In this document: positions 11,025-24,300 of the stretch, one piece after another
How positions within the stretch are numbered: the stretch's first letter is position 1
How the letters are laid out: each line of letters starts with the position of its first letter
NCBI GenBank assembly: GCA_012026655.1
Contig: JAAILG010000107.1
Span: 1 to 64,000, forward strand
Length of the DNA stretch: 64,000 nt
Direction of reading: 5' to 3'
Source: Hydrolagus affinis
Taxonomy: Eukaryota
Program-made: the position numbers and the translations under genes
The notes under the pieces: generated by a model
What the model saw: the letters and a program-made list of their open reading frames with translations, nothing else
Databases searched by the model: none
Told to the model about the DNA's origin: nothing

Positions 11025-11632
11025 AACAATAATACTCCTTGAACTTGATATATAGCCTTATCGCGTCTTCGAGACGTTTCAAAGAGCTTCATGGAATATA
11101 ATAATAATCCTTGCATTTAATGTAGCGCTTTTCATGTCTTCTAGACATCTCAACGTGCTTCACAGAATATACTGTAAAGTGAATTGACTGTACATTTGTG
11201 GGCGCAACGCGGCAGCCAATTGCGCACAGCAGCGTCCCCCACAAACAGTCGTGGAGTGAAATGACCAATTTATTATTGTTTTTTTGGGGTCAGATTATTA
11301 TTAGGCGCGTGTGTGGAGGAAGGAAACTTAACCCAAGGTTTCGCCCTGAACTGCCTGGATTCGAAACACAGGTCTCACGCTTGTAAGGCGAGTGCTCTAA
11401 CCACTGAGCCCCAAACTTTATACAGTATATAGTATACAGTGTAAAGTGAATTGATTGTATATTTTGTGAACGAAACTCGGCAGCCAATTGTGCCCCACAA
11501 ACAGTTGTGGATTGAGTGAGAAATTTTTATTGAAGGAATCATTCATTCATTTTACAGTATATTCTGTGGAGCGCTTTGAGACGTCTCAAAGACATGATGA
11601 GGCGCAATATCAAATGCAAGGATTATTATGGA
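11025..11632. mobile_element. SINE cluster immediately upstream of the promoter (near full-length - copy at 11101-11412, partial - copies, + tail at 11545-11632)
   Basis: Main-family body and tail sequences in both orientations. Confidence 0.88.
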
Positions 11633-11799
11633 TTAATATATTTAAATCTGGATATACACTGCGCGTATATATATATGGTTATAAACACTCCATGAATACT
11701 GTAAATACAGACTCGGTAATATACTGTACACGCTAATAAATACTCTCTGGGTGGATGGAGGTGTTTAGAGATACAGAACGCCTTTTGTACCCTGGTCTC

Positions 11800-12340
11800 T
11801 GTCTCTACACTCGTGCGCGGATGGGCTGCCGTAGTGCGTCACGTCTTGGCCCCGCCCAGGCCAGACCTCCAAGTCTCGCCCCGTCCCCACGTGTCGGATC
11901 ACGTGCTGTTGACGGTTTAACGGTCGCGGTGTGAGCGCCGGTCTGTGTGTGTGTGTGTGAGTGGTTGTCAGCAATGTCGCGGCTCATCATCAAGAACCTG
12001 CCGAGCGGGGTATGTGTGTGTGTGTGAGGCACCGGGTATTAGCGTTAAACAGCTTTCCTTCCGACGAGAGGGGCGGCAGCGTCCCGGTTTTCTCCTCTCC
12101 CCACCCCCTCTCCTCTTCCTCCTCCACTTTCCCCATCAGTCCCCGGCTTCACCAGGGCTCGGAGGCCGGGAAAAGCCGAGGCTTCCCCCGTCGCCTCCGC
12201 CTCAGGAGGCCTCACCCACTCAGCGTCTCGCCCTTGTTTTGCCCTCCCTTATTCCCTCTCCTCTCCGTGGCGGACGCTGGGCAGCCCCGACCCACCGCCC
12301 GCGTGTCAGTCATTTAGTCAGTCCCGGGGATCGCTCCCAG
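11800..12340 (+). promoter_or_regulatory. CpG-island promoter and first exon of RBM19
   Basis: Abrupt GC- and CpG-rich block around the ATG. It contains a CRE/ATF-like TGCGTCACGTC (11835), a GC box GGCCCCGCCC (11848) and two CACGTG E-boxes (11888, 11900). No obvious TATA box. Confidence 0.85.
11974..12009 (+). CDS. RBM19: RBM19 exon 1 coding part ([12 protein letters not shown]), start of RRM1
   Basis: gcaATGtcg start inside the CpG island; donor GGG|GTATGT; 36 nt. Confidence 0.95.
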
Positions 12341-15300
12341 TCTTGAGTGTGTGCGTGTATGTATGCGTGCTTGGTATGCATATATATGTGTGTGTATGTA
12401 TGTATTGCTTACATACATGCGTAATGTATGTGTGCGTGTGCTGAAATGCAATAATAATAATAATCCTTGCAATTGATATAGCTCCCCATCCTGACGTTGA
12501 GACGTCTCAAAGCGTTTCACAGGATATATTCTGAAGTGACTGAGTGATCATCAATCTGATCATTACATTTTATATATAAAATTTAGTGATGCATTATGGA
12601 AGTGGAGCCATTTCTGTACCACTTGTCTTCTCCCTCGTATATGCGTTAAGTTATTCTCATTAATAGTAATAAATGAACCTTGCATTTAGTATTAGTTACC
12701 TTATGTCACTGAGATGTGTTGAAGTGCTTTGCAGGCTATACTGTGAAGTGCGAAATTGAACCACAATACTGTACATTGATGGTTCTTTATTCAACCAAGG
12801 CTTCCATCCAGCTTCAAGATAGACATTTCTCGCCAGATTCTTCAAATCTCATCAGACCGTTGGCTGAATCAGGCAGCGAAATAAATCCGCATTCCCACAT
12901 TGAATTGCTGCACGGCAGGAACACCTGTGAGAAATTACTGAAGTAAAGCAAGTTCAATACCTTAATATGGAGGAGAGATAATTTGGTGGGGTGGAATAAA
13001 TGGCTGCATTGAGAAACCCAACGGTCATTTTATTATGTGGAGAATAGTTGGCTTCTGCATTCCCATTGTAGGTACTTTCAAGAAAATAGCTATTTTCCTT
13101 TAACAGTTATACTTGGATTGTACCTAAGAAAGCATCACCAAGGTCCTGGTGCCATTAACTAGCCAGTACAAGCTGTCCATTCAGAAATCCTCTGCTTTTA
13201 TGTCTTGAATAATTGAGCATTCAGCCAAACAATTGAGTAGAATCGTAGCCTACAATATATGTCATATTTGTGATTGGTCCCTTGTGCTTACATGACTGGC
13301 AAATGAGGCATATCTGAATTTTGCTGAAAATCTTGTATAGGACTTTATTATTTTACACTCAGCCTTAGAAAAGCTTCTTCTAATTTTGCTTTGTTGTGGT
13401 CCTTTATTGTAAAAGTGTTACAATAGTAATTATCTGATGGACTATTTCTCTTCTGGACCAGGATTTTCCAACCTCAGAACAAATGTAAGCAAAATAAGGT
13501 TATTGTGAGCAAATTGGCTGCCACATTCTCCTACATAATATACAGACAATTCACTTTACAATATATTCTGTCAAGTGTTTTGACATATTTCGAAGATGTG
13601 ATGCTCCTTCGCTTGCCTCCTTCAAGGCACACCTCAAGACCCTCCCTTTCAACAGTGCCTTCAGCTATCCTCCCATGTCTTTCTGTCCTCCCTCACCTCC
13701 ACCCTGTCCCCTTCACATTCAGGTCCTGATCCCTGATTAAACTTCAATGCCGTGGGGCATCCTCAACGTGAAAGGCGCATTACAAATGTAATTTTGTTGT
13801 TGTGCATTTTACATAAAATGAGGCTAAATTGAGCATAGAGTTGCACCACTTGAATTGAGCCATGATTGTTCATTTGCTAATATTTCAGATGAAAGAAGAA
13901 CGTTTTAAAGGTCTCTTTGCTGCCTTTGGGACATTAACAGACTGCAGTCTGAAGTTTACAAACGATGGAAAGTTTCGAAAATTTGGGTTTGTTGGCTTCA
14001 AAAGTGAAGAGGAGGCACAAACTGCCTTTAAACATTTTAATAAGAGTTACATAGACACTACCAGAATAATTGTAAGTATTACCATTGTTATTTTATAATT
14101 CACCCATTGGACTGCAGTTACTACATAATTCAATTAGTTTTTATCTGATTTATAATGTCTGTGTTTATTCTAAAGATAATACCATTACCAGTATTTAAAA
14201 CACACTGTTCCTATTTGAAGGCAGGGCTAGGAGATCTACTGGATTGTGAATCATGTTACAAACAGTTCTCAGTTGTTTAACTGCTAACCAGTAGCACATG
14301 TCCAGTGATAATTTGCTCATCTATTAGCATTGAACTCTTATTTCAGACATTGCAAATCTCCACTTCTGCTTTCAGGCACTCCACAGTGTTCGGTCTTTAT
14401 AAATTTTTGCCTATCATCCTTGTGAGTGGAATGTATTGCTTCAACCTCCAGCCTGTACTAATGGGCAAATGATGTATTCTAGGTGGAATTTTGCAAATCA
14501 TTTGGAGATCCAGAATTGTCAAAACCATGGAGTAAACATTCCCAGAAAAATACGACTAAACAACTGACAGAAACGTCAAAGCAGCAAGGATCTGAAACCA
14601 AGACAAAAAAGGTAAATTGCCTACTTTAAAATTTCAACTTGCAATGAACTTCACAGGAATATAATATTTGGAGGAAATAATTTAGTTTCAAAATTAATTT
14701 ATTAATAAATGCTCATCTCAGTTCTGTTTGATATGTGCATAATTTACTGGTATGGGACAAGTGTTTTCTAGGCATAGGATTTGACTTGGGAACTGTCAAT
14801 ATAAGGTGAGATAATGTTGATGCTTATTACTTTTCCAGGACAGTATCTGTACTTTCATTGAAGAAAATATATGGAGTCCTGTAGCTCGGTAGTTAGAGCA
14901 CTCGCCTTACAAGCGAGAGAGCTGGGTTCGATTCCAGGCAGGGTGAAACCTTGGGCAAGTTTCCTTACTACACACACCTAATCCTAATAATAATCCCCCC
15001 CCCAAAAAAAACTCATTTTCAATCCACTGCTTTGCGCAATTGGCTGCCGCGTTTCGTCCACAGTCAATTCACTTTACAGTATATTCTGTAAAGCACTTTG
15101 AGACGTCGAGAAGATGTGAAAAGAGCTATGTCAAATACTGTACAAGGATTATTATATTAATATTTAATAGTAGAATCCGAGGACTGTAAAGCATCCTGGT
15201 CTGATATCTTTTTAAACAGAAAAATCACTTCTTTAGAACCAGATGAAAGTGGGTCATCCACAGTGAACAGTAGAACCTGAGGACACAGCCTGTGATTGAA

Positions 15301-18300
15301 GGAGGGGAGGTAAATTCAGAACAAATCTGTGGAGAACACTCCAGTACTTCAGTGAGCGAGTATGGAGCAGGCTATGGACTGTGGAAGCAGAAATATTTTG
15401 TTTCAAAAACAAATTAGATACATTTTTGTTAGAAAATAATATCTTGGGATACGGTATTTACAGTAAAAGCCTGTTTATCTAGCACCCGATCAACCGTATA
15501 ACCGGACATTAAAAAAAAGTCTGCATCCGATTAATCAGAATTTATCCAGAAAAATGTATAAATGTTTTTGTTTTTGGAGGGGTTTTCCGGCACGCTCTTT
15601 AACCGGCGCTGGGCAGATTCCGAGGATGCCAGATAAACAGGCTTTTACTGTAGTTCGAGATACGACATGTTAAATGACTACCAGGTTGGTGGAAGTTGAA
15701 CTAGATGGACCTTGGTCCTCTTTCGTGTAGCAAATTCTTATGTTCTTATAACAAAAATCTAACTTCTTTCTATGAAAAATATATAAAGGGAGAATGCATT
15801 TAAAACTTTTATATTTATGCTTGCAGGATAAAAAGAAGGTAGTCTCTGAGGAGTTGAAAGCTGTGAGTAAAAACCTGAACTTTCTTTGAATACATTAGTT
15901 TGTGCTTTTTACTTCACTTTCCTGGATACAAATGTAAAATGATAAAATAATAAATTGGTTACCTTTATAGCTGAAAGAAGATAAAGGATTTCAGGAATTT
16001 TTGGCTGTAAACCAGAGTCGCTGCAATGTACCAACCTGGGCTAATGACACTTTACCAACAAAGACAAAGAAAGAAAAGACAAAAAAAGTGGATGATTATC
16101 TAAACTTTGATTCAGACAACTCTGAAGAATTGAGTGAAGAGGAAGAAGAGAGTGAAAAAGAATCTGAAGATATCAGCAAAACAAGTGAATACTCTTAGAT
16201 TCCCTCCCATACTAGAAATTATAGTTTTAAAAAAGAGATTTTTAAAAGCATTCTTTGTGGTCATTTTTTCTTCAAATGATTAAGTGATGAATGTTATTAG
16301 TAAATTATAGGAATGCAAATATTAAGGTTGATAACTCGCTTTTTTAAGCAGTTGATCACACTACTGACTAGATATCAAACTCAAATCCGAGACTTCCTAA
16401 TGCTTCAGTCATATTCCAATTTATGGACCTATAATCAATTGAAATTTAAATATATTTGTCTAGATTCTAACTATTTGAGAGCAGCAGTTAAAGCCTTCAG
16501 ATAACTCTTTTATAATGAAATGTCTTCCCTGAGTGTATGCAAGTGCTTAATTTTTATTGTTAATTTTCTTGTGGTTTAATTTCCAGGCAAAGCAAAAAAG
16601 GCACAAGAAAATGTTGCCTTGAGAAAGGAGCTGTCTGATATGGACTACTTAAAGTCAAAAGTAATTGCAGCCGAAAATGAAATGTCTGACGACGACGATG
16701 GAAAATCTGAGACCAGTGACAATGCTGAAAATAAGCAGGGTGATAGTGGAAAAAATGTACCATTGAGACCTCAGAGCGACTCTGAGGGTGAAGAGAAGGG
16801 AAAACAGAATAGCAAGCCAAGGAAAACCACTCCAAATCGGGTACAGAACAAAAGCCTGGAGGTTAGTTTTTCCTTTGAAGATTGGTTGTGTTTCTGCTTG
16901 CTATTTAATTTTTTTTGAGAAATAGGGCATTAATATTGCAATATTCAGTTTTACTATTGTGTGCTTGTCAGTTTTACATCATTTATTAAGTCTGAGCCAG
17001 CTGGTCTCTTTAGGGGTTTGTTTCTAAGTGGGATATGAATAGTCAGGTACAATACTTAATAATATTCCTTGCATTTAATATAGGGCACCTTAAAGCGCTT
17101 CACGTGATATAGCGTAAAGTGAATTGTCTATTTTGTGGTTGAATATTGGCATTATTGTAAGCATCTCAAAAGAAAATTGCTTGGAATTAAATAACTGTTA
17201 GAATTTGGAAAGTAGACTAATTGTTATGTATATTATGTATGAGTACACTTTGCATATATGATGGATCTCATATTGGTACATAACAGTAAAATAATGATGT
17301 ATCGCTACTAAATAGAAATGTAAAATCTTTCTGCAAATGTAAATAAGATAATAAATGGGATTCTTACACTTTCATCCGATCCATGTTGAATCATTACTCT
17401 GCAGAAGAAACCCCTCAAAAATGAACCCACCACTCCGTACACTGTTAAACTTCGAGGAGCTCCATTCAATGTGAAAGAGGTATTTGCAAAGGCCATTTAC
17501 AGCCTGCATTTATTTTTGATCACATTTTAAGGGCCTTTATTGATTGAGAAATGGGCCCAAAACAATTGCCATCATGATGAATTATAGTACACAAATCCAG
17601 CATTTTGGATCAGGTCATCAGAGATGTAAAATGACTGAATTAATGTGAATTTATGTGTACAGCAAAGGCTGGTGCAAATCACCTGTGTTTTTTTAAAAAA
17701 AAATCTGGTTCGAAGAGTTGCTACCTAATTTTTAAATACATTTATGTACAACAGTGATTCAATGGTTTCCAGATAGCGTCCCAATGTCGTTGAGTGTAAA
17801 TGTAACAGATAGATCAATAGTCAAATGTCTGAAACATACTAGGAATTAGCCAGTATAGTTGTGTTGTGCCTGATACACACATGCTGTATTTTTAAATTGC
17901 CTATTAAAATCTTTTCAAACAGATGAATTATAAAATATAATAATGCATTTTATAGCACAGCTCTCCCAGCCCCAACTCAACTTTATGTTTGCAATGCTTG
18001 AATTTTTTATGAACCATTTGCTTTAAATAGCATGTTAAAATATATCTGTGTGTGTTTTTTTAAAGAAAAACGCACACATGCAAGTGGGAGACTGTTACAA
18101 AATATAGATTTAATTGCCAGTTTCAATCATCCTTCTGCTACCTTGTGGCGTCCCCCAAGACTCTGTCCTTGGCCCCCTCCTTTTCAATATCTACATGCTC
18201 CCCTTTGGTGATATCATCCACAGACACTGAGTCAACTTCTACATGTATGCGGATGACACCCAACTCTATCTTTCTGCCTCTACCCTCGGTTCCAGGACCA

Positions 18301-21300
18301 CTGCTGTCCTGACAGACTGCCTGTCAGACATCAAGTCCTGAATGAAACGTAACTTTCTACATTTGAACGTCAACAAGACCGAAGCCCTCCGATTGGCTCT
18401 TGCCAGCTCCTTCACACGTCAGGCACTGGCAGCATCAACCTCCATGGTTACACTTTCCACCTCACCAAGCCAGTCAGGAACCTTGGTGTCTTGATCGATC
18501 CTCAAATGTCTTTCTTTCCCCCACGTTCAAGCTCTGAGACCCGCTTCATTCATGACCCGCTCTGCCTTCCCTCACCGCCACAACATTGCCCAACTCCACC
18601 ACACCTTCACGCCAAAAAAAATGGACCATGCATATAGGAGTGATAGAATGGCACAATACGTTAATTGTTTTATATAGGAAAATAAGGACATGATAAACAT
18701 TTTTCCCACTATTTATAGAGATTAAATTTAAGATGAATCTTTTTTGGAATTAGGTTTTGTTATTCTTGCTTTGAATTATCTTAGCTTATTAATTTTTTTG
18801 ATCAATAATAATGATTCATTTGTACATATCGTGTCTCCAAGGAACGTAAAGCTGTTCCTTTTTAGCTAATATTTAACTTTGGGGAAAACAATTCAAGTTA
18901 AAAAATACAAGTGACGCCCTTCTGCACTTAACATATGTTTTCATGTATGTTCCTGTCTGCATAAATCTCCAGAAACGAGTGATGGAATTCTTTGTTCCTG
19001 TGAAACCTGTAGCTATCCGAATTGTCAAAAACGCAAATGGTAACACAACAGGTTTGTACAAAAATTTTATTTGGGTTGAATGACAGATTTGATATCCAAA
19101 TACAGTATGAAGCTTTGAAGTATCAAGTTGCACTTATTTTAATAATAATTGTGTAATAGTAAATTAATTTTGAACCAATATTCATGTTACATAACCGGTG
19201 AAGTACATTGATTACATGTTACTTAAGAAATGAAGCCCACTAACTTATCAATGAAATTAAATATTGATTCTAGAATAATAGAATCTTGCAGGACAGAGGG
19301 AGGCCAATGGCCCCATAATTCCTGAATCGGCTCTTTGAAAGAGCTACCAACTAGTTCCACTCCCCGCTCTTTATCCCATAGCCCTGCAAAAAAAATATTT
19401 TTAGGTAGATATCCAATTCCATTTTGAAAGCTATTATCGAATCTGCTTCCTCCACTCTATCAGGTAGTGCATTCCAGACTAATAACTCCGAGTTTAAAAA
19501 AAAAAGAGTCTCCTTGTCTCACCTCTTATTATCTTGAATGCTTTTGTATCTCATTGTTTCCATGCAGAAAGGTTTTTGCAATCAAATACCCATCTCTCTT
19601 TCAGGTTATGTGTTTGTAGATTTTCAATCCGAGGAAGATCTCAAAGAGGCTTTGAAAAGAAATAAAGACTACATGGGTAAGGGATTTTGTGGAGCAGCAA
19701 TGGTGAATTTACACAATATGCTGAAGGTACCGCAGGGTAACTGCTGAAATTATGTTGTGTAGAACCATGTTTGATTGACTCTCCAGATATTTGTTTTCTT
19801 TTGTTTTTCCAAGGTGGAAGATACATTGAACTTTTTAGGGAGAATGCTGTTCAGAAACCTAAACCGGGTAGAAAAGATAAAGATCGACCATGGCTAAATC
19901 GAGAAATGAAACCTGATGAGGAAGAAGAGGATATCGCTGATTCAGGAAGATTATTTGTACGGAACTTGCCTTACACTTGTACAGAAGAGGACTTGGAAAA
20001 AATATTTTCTAAACTTGGTAGGTGCCTAATCTTTATGCTGTGATTTTTATGCCATATTTTTCTCTATTGTAAAGTGGTAGTAATTGAAACCAAATATTTT
20101 TTCTAGACTTCATGCCTTCAATTTCCCAAGTGCAAAAATATGGAAATTGGTGGAAGAAAATAGGTTTGCACACGGTTGCTAGTTTATTTTAAAATGGCGG
20201 AATTCATCTGGTTTTCACAAAATCATACTAGTAAATATAAGATTTATTTGGCCTCCTTCTGTGCTCTATTTCTATACTATAAATGCAGAGGGACCTAGGC
20301 CTCAGTATATAAGTGCTCTGCGACGTCGTCTGGCATGGAGGGCGCTATATAAATTCAAGTTGTTGTAATAATCCTTGCATTTGGTATAGAGCTTTCAACA
20401 TTTTATTGACGTCTCAAAGCACTTCACAGAATATACTGTAAATTGAATTGACTTTGTGGGCGGACCTGAATCATTGTTTCATTCGAGCTCTAAAAGTCAT
20501 CTAATAAGTTTCTGAATTTTTTTTGAAAAAGGGTAACTGTAATCCTGGGTTGATCTTTATGTAAGAAGCAATGTGCCACCTCAGTAACTTTAATTATACC
20601 TGCCCTGGAGACGCAAGTTAATCATGAATGTAATTGTGAGCCTATCAAGGTTTGTCCCTGAAGGACAAGCTGCCCAGGAAATTAAGAAACTTACTGGTGG
20701 GCAACTAACCCAGATCAAAAGTATCAATGGTGGTGGATAAGTCGGGATGCTGCCCTGTTTTTGATGCAGTTTTCAAGCAAATTCTTTAATTTTGCAGTTT
20801 GCTTGTCAGAAGCAATAGAAGAAGCACGAGTATTGCAATTTCTAATAAGTTCTGATTAAAGCATACTCTTCCTTTAAAATGGGATGCATTATAAAAGTGA
20901 GGCAATCACATGCTGCATTATCTGTTTAACCTAGAATATGTTAATGTCCAGAACCCTCTGCCATGCTTAAATAAAAGCCCATTTGCAGTTGAAAATAATT
21001 TTAAAATATTTTGTACATGTTCTGATGGTGGTTTGATCAAGGGAGCTTGTGTGATATAAGCTGCTGAGCTTGTGTGTGGATGTGTAGTTAAAATGTGTAT
21101 TTAGAATGTGTAGTTAGAATGTGTAGTTAAAATGGTATTGCTATAGAGCTTCTGACTGTGTTCCTCCTAGCCAGTCCTTAAGCGCTGGGAACACGACCCT
21201 GCGTGAAGGGCACTTTTTAAATATAAGTTGTCTTTCTTTGGAGGAGCTCTTTGTCACTCAAGATTTACAAAAGAATCTTTCTCTCTTCTCCTTCTACCCA

Positions 21301-24300
21301 CCCCCATTAAAAGTTATGACATGATCATTCTTGTGCTCATTAATTTGTTTCAAAAATACCTGGTTATATTATCTTGAACTAATATTAAAACAGTTTGAAG
21401 TCTGAATAGACTGTGCTTTGTTAAACACAATATGTTCTCTGTTCTCAACAACTAAACAGCTGTCAAACGATCAATTGCAAATAACGTTTTAAAACAATTA
21501 AATTCAGCATTAGATCATAGCAAATTTGATGACATTAGATCCTCCTCGGTGAACACAGAGTTGAAAGGTCATAGTTTATAAACTTTTATGTCACAATCAG
21601 AAAGTGTAATTTGAAAAAAAATTGTTTGACTCATGAATAATGAAGTGCAATTTGTCTAGTTATAAAATCAAAGTGCTTTCAATAGGGGGGCATCAGTTGT
21701 ACCTTATTAAAATTGATCAGTATCAATATGGCTAATGCTTGTGTACTGCTGGTGCTGCCAAACAACATTACCCACACAGTGTACCAATAATGGTTAACTT
21801 TGGTAGATCGATTACTTGTTATACAACCTGCCTAATATTGGTGATGTGTAGACATACTGTACTGTATTTACATTTTGGAAATATTGCAAATGATTTTTGA
21901 CAAGCAAATGTGAACAATGAGACTGAAAGCATAAAAAGCAGCGAATTATTCTAATTATCTTTATTAATGTTTGAATTTTGTTTTTTCTACGATCAGGTCC
22001 AATAGCGGAGATTCACTTCCCCATAGACTATCTAACCAAGAGACCAAAGGGCTTTGCCTTTGTCACCTACATGATTCCAGAACATGCTGTTAAAGCCTTG
22101 GCAGAACTCGACGGTGAAGTGTTTCAGGTAAAGCTATAGATAATCTTGGTAGTTTTCAAAAAGAAAAAAATGTCTTTTGTAGAAAATGAAATTGTATTTC
22201 AAGTAGCTGTAGAACTTCAGGCGTTGAAAGGATGTTAGTGGAATGCAGTACAGTACTCATTTGAATATGTTACTAATCTAAATTGCCAGAGGGTGGCAGA
22301 CACTGGCTACTCCAGTACTAACCCTCTGAGGATTGTAGTGCATTCATGGATAATGATTATGATATGCATTTATGTAAAAGGTTATTTTAAAAATAATCAA
22401 AACTAAGGCATACTTTGTAATTTTTTAAAAACATTTGTGTACTCTCTATAACAAACGTTGGATTGCGATAACCCAAATTCATTGCTGTAGCTGTCATAGA
22501 CTTCCTGATTCATATTACTTGCCTATTGATTCATTCCAATCTGAAAATCTAAAATTGATTTCCTACCTTTATGACCTAACACCATATCAACCTCTCCGCT
22601 CTGCTCCAAGTCCCATGCCTGGCCCACCCCACAATCAGTGGTCAAGCTTTCAGCCTTTATTTTCCCAAGCTTCCTGCCTCACCCTTTGGAACTCCATCCC
22701 TCCATCCTTGCTCCATCCTTGCCTCAATCAAAGCATGTCTAAAGACCCTCCTCTTTGACCATGCCTTTGATCACCCTCCTACCAGCACCCTTCCTACCCT
22801 CCATCCTACTGATCCCAACATCACTTTAGAGTATAGTCTTGCAAACATTAAAGTTGATATTGTAGAAATAATGAATTAATCATAAAATAGATTTGTTTTA
22901 TAACTGAGAAATTATCTTTTTAGGGCAGAATGCTACACATTTTACCATCTACAGTGAAAAAGGAAAAGGTTGAAAATGATAAAGGTATACCTGGTTCCTC
23001 CTCCTACAAGAGAAACAAAGAAGCTAAAGACAAGGCCAACAGCAACAGGTTGAGTTTGTGTATTGTATTGCTAATTGTCAAAACTAACGTCAGCTCAAAG
23101 TACAGTAAAAGCTTGCTTCTCTGACACCCAACCAACCGGAACACTCAACCAACCAGTATCTCCCAATACAATTCACCATTCCAGAAACCAGATCTCATAC
23201 CGTAGCCATCTGGAACATTCACGGTATGCTTACTTTGCGCATGCTTGCGCACTTATTAAACTTACCAAACGCCGGAATTTTTATTTTACCGATCATTTTA
23301 TTGAGTGTGCTGGAATGCTTTATTGGTAAGTATCCATACAATATTCTGTTATTATTTGGTCTATTATTAATATGGTATGTTTTAAAATAAGTTAATTTTT
23401 TGTGCAGGATTTTCAGCAACTTGCCGCTCAAATAGCCAGCATATTTAACTAACCGGCAACGGTCAGGTCCCGAGGGTGCCGGATAACAAAGCTTTTATTA
23501 TTAAATGTCAAGTTTACTCCTTAGTATTCAAAAAGTGTGTTGCAAACCATGATTGTATCTTAAAGCATTCCCCCTCCCCCCCCCTTTGCATTTTCTGTTG
23601 TTGTGATATTCATCAATCAGTTAATAATTATAAGTGCTGCCAATGCTTTTCTGTAATAGCATTGTCTGATACCTTTCAGTTTGACAATTGACAATCGCCA
23701 TGCATGTGTTTTTCCATGCATGCATGCCTTTTTGCAGACTGCATGCTATATTTTTCCAGAGATTGACACTTCCAATTTTGTCTTTTGACATGTTTCATAT
23801 GTTCTACTGCGATTGTATAGTTCATCAACTAAAAATCACCAATCAATTGGAATCCTGTTTCTGCTTTATGTTTTTTATGTGTATATATATATAATATATA
23901 TATATATACACAGTAAAAAGTTTTGTTATCCGGTACCCTTGGGACCTGCCCTGTGCCGGTTAATCAAATATGCCAGATATTCGAGAGGCAAGTTGCTGAT
24001 AATCCTACACAAAAGATTTTCCATATTAATAATAGACTAAATAATGATAGAATATTGTATGGATAAATTACCAATACAGCATTCCAGCACACTCGGTAAA
24101 ATGATCGGTAAAATAAAAATTCCAGCGTTTGGTAAGTTTAATAAGTGCGCATGTATGCGCAAAGTGAGCATACCAGGAGTGTGCCAGATGGCTCTGCTAT
24201 GAGCTTCGGTTGCTGGAATGGTGAATTGTATTGGGAGATACCGGTTGGTTGGCACTAATAGTTAATTTCATGGATTTTTGTTAGACTCCTGTATTAAATA

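Noticed and set aside
11945-12346. 133-aa and 118-aa ORFs across the promoter
   Set aside because: By-products of the stop-poor CpG island; the true frame splices out at 12009
14873-14946. tRNA gene (cloverleaf-like head with a TAC loop; similar heads at 1581, 9611, 11412, 43727, 52548)
   Set aside because: Each head runs straight into a SINE body and (ATT)n tail, the anticodon-position bases vary among copies and the acceptor stem is poor, so these are SINE heads
17570-17640. Possible C/D box snoRNA (ATGATGA...CTGA); a similar pattern lies at about 34498-34583
   Set aside because: No convincing terminal stem, C'/D' boxes or rRNA-complementary guide, and the intron position is atypical. snoScan or Infernal would be needed to revive it.
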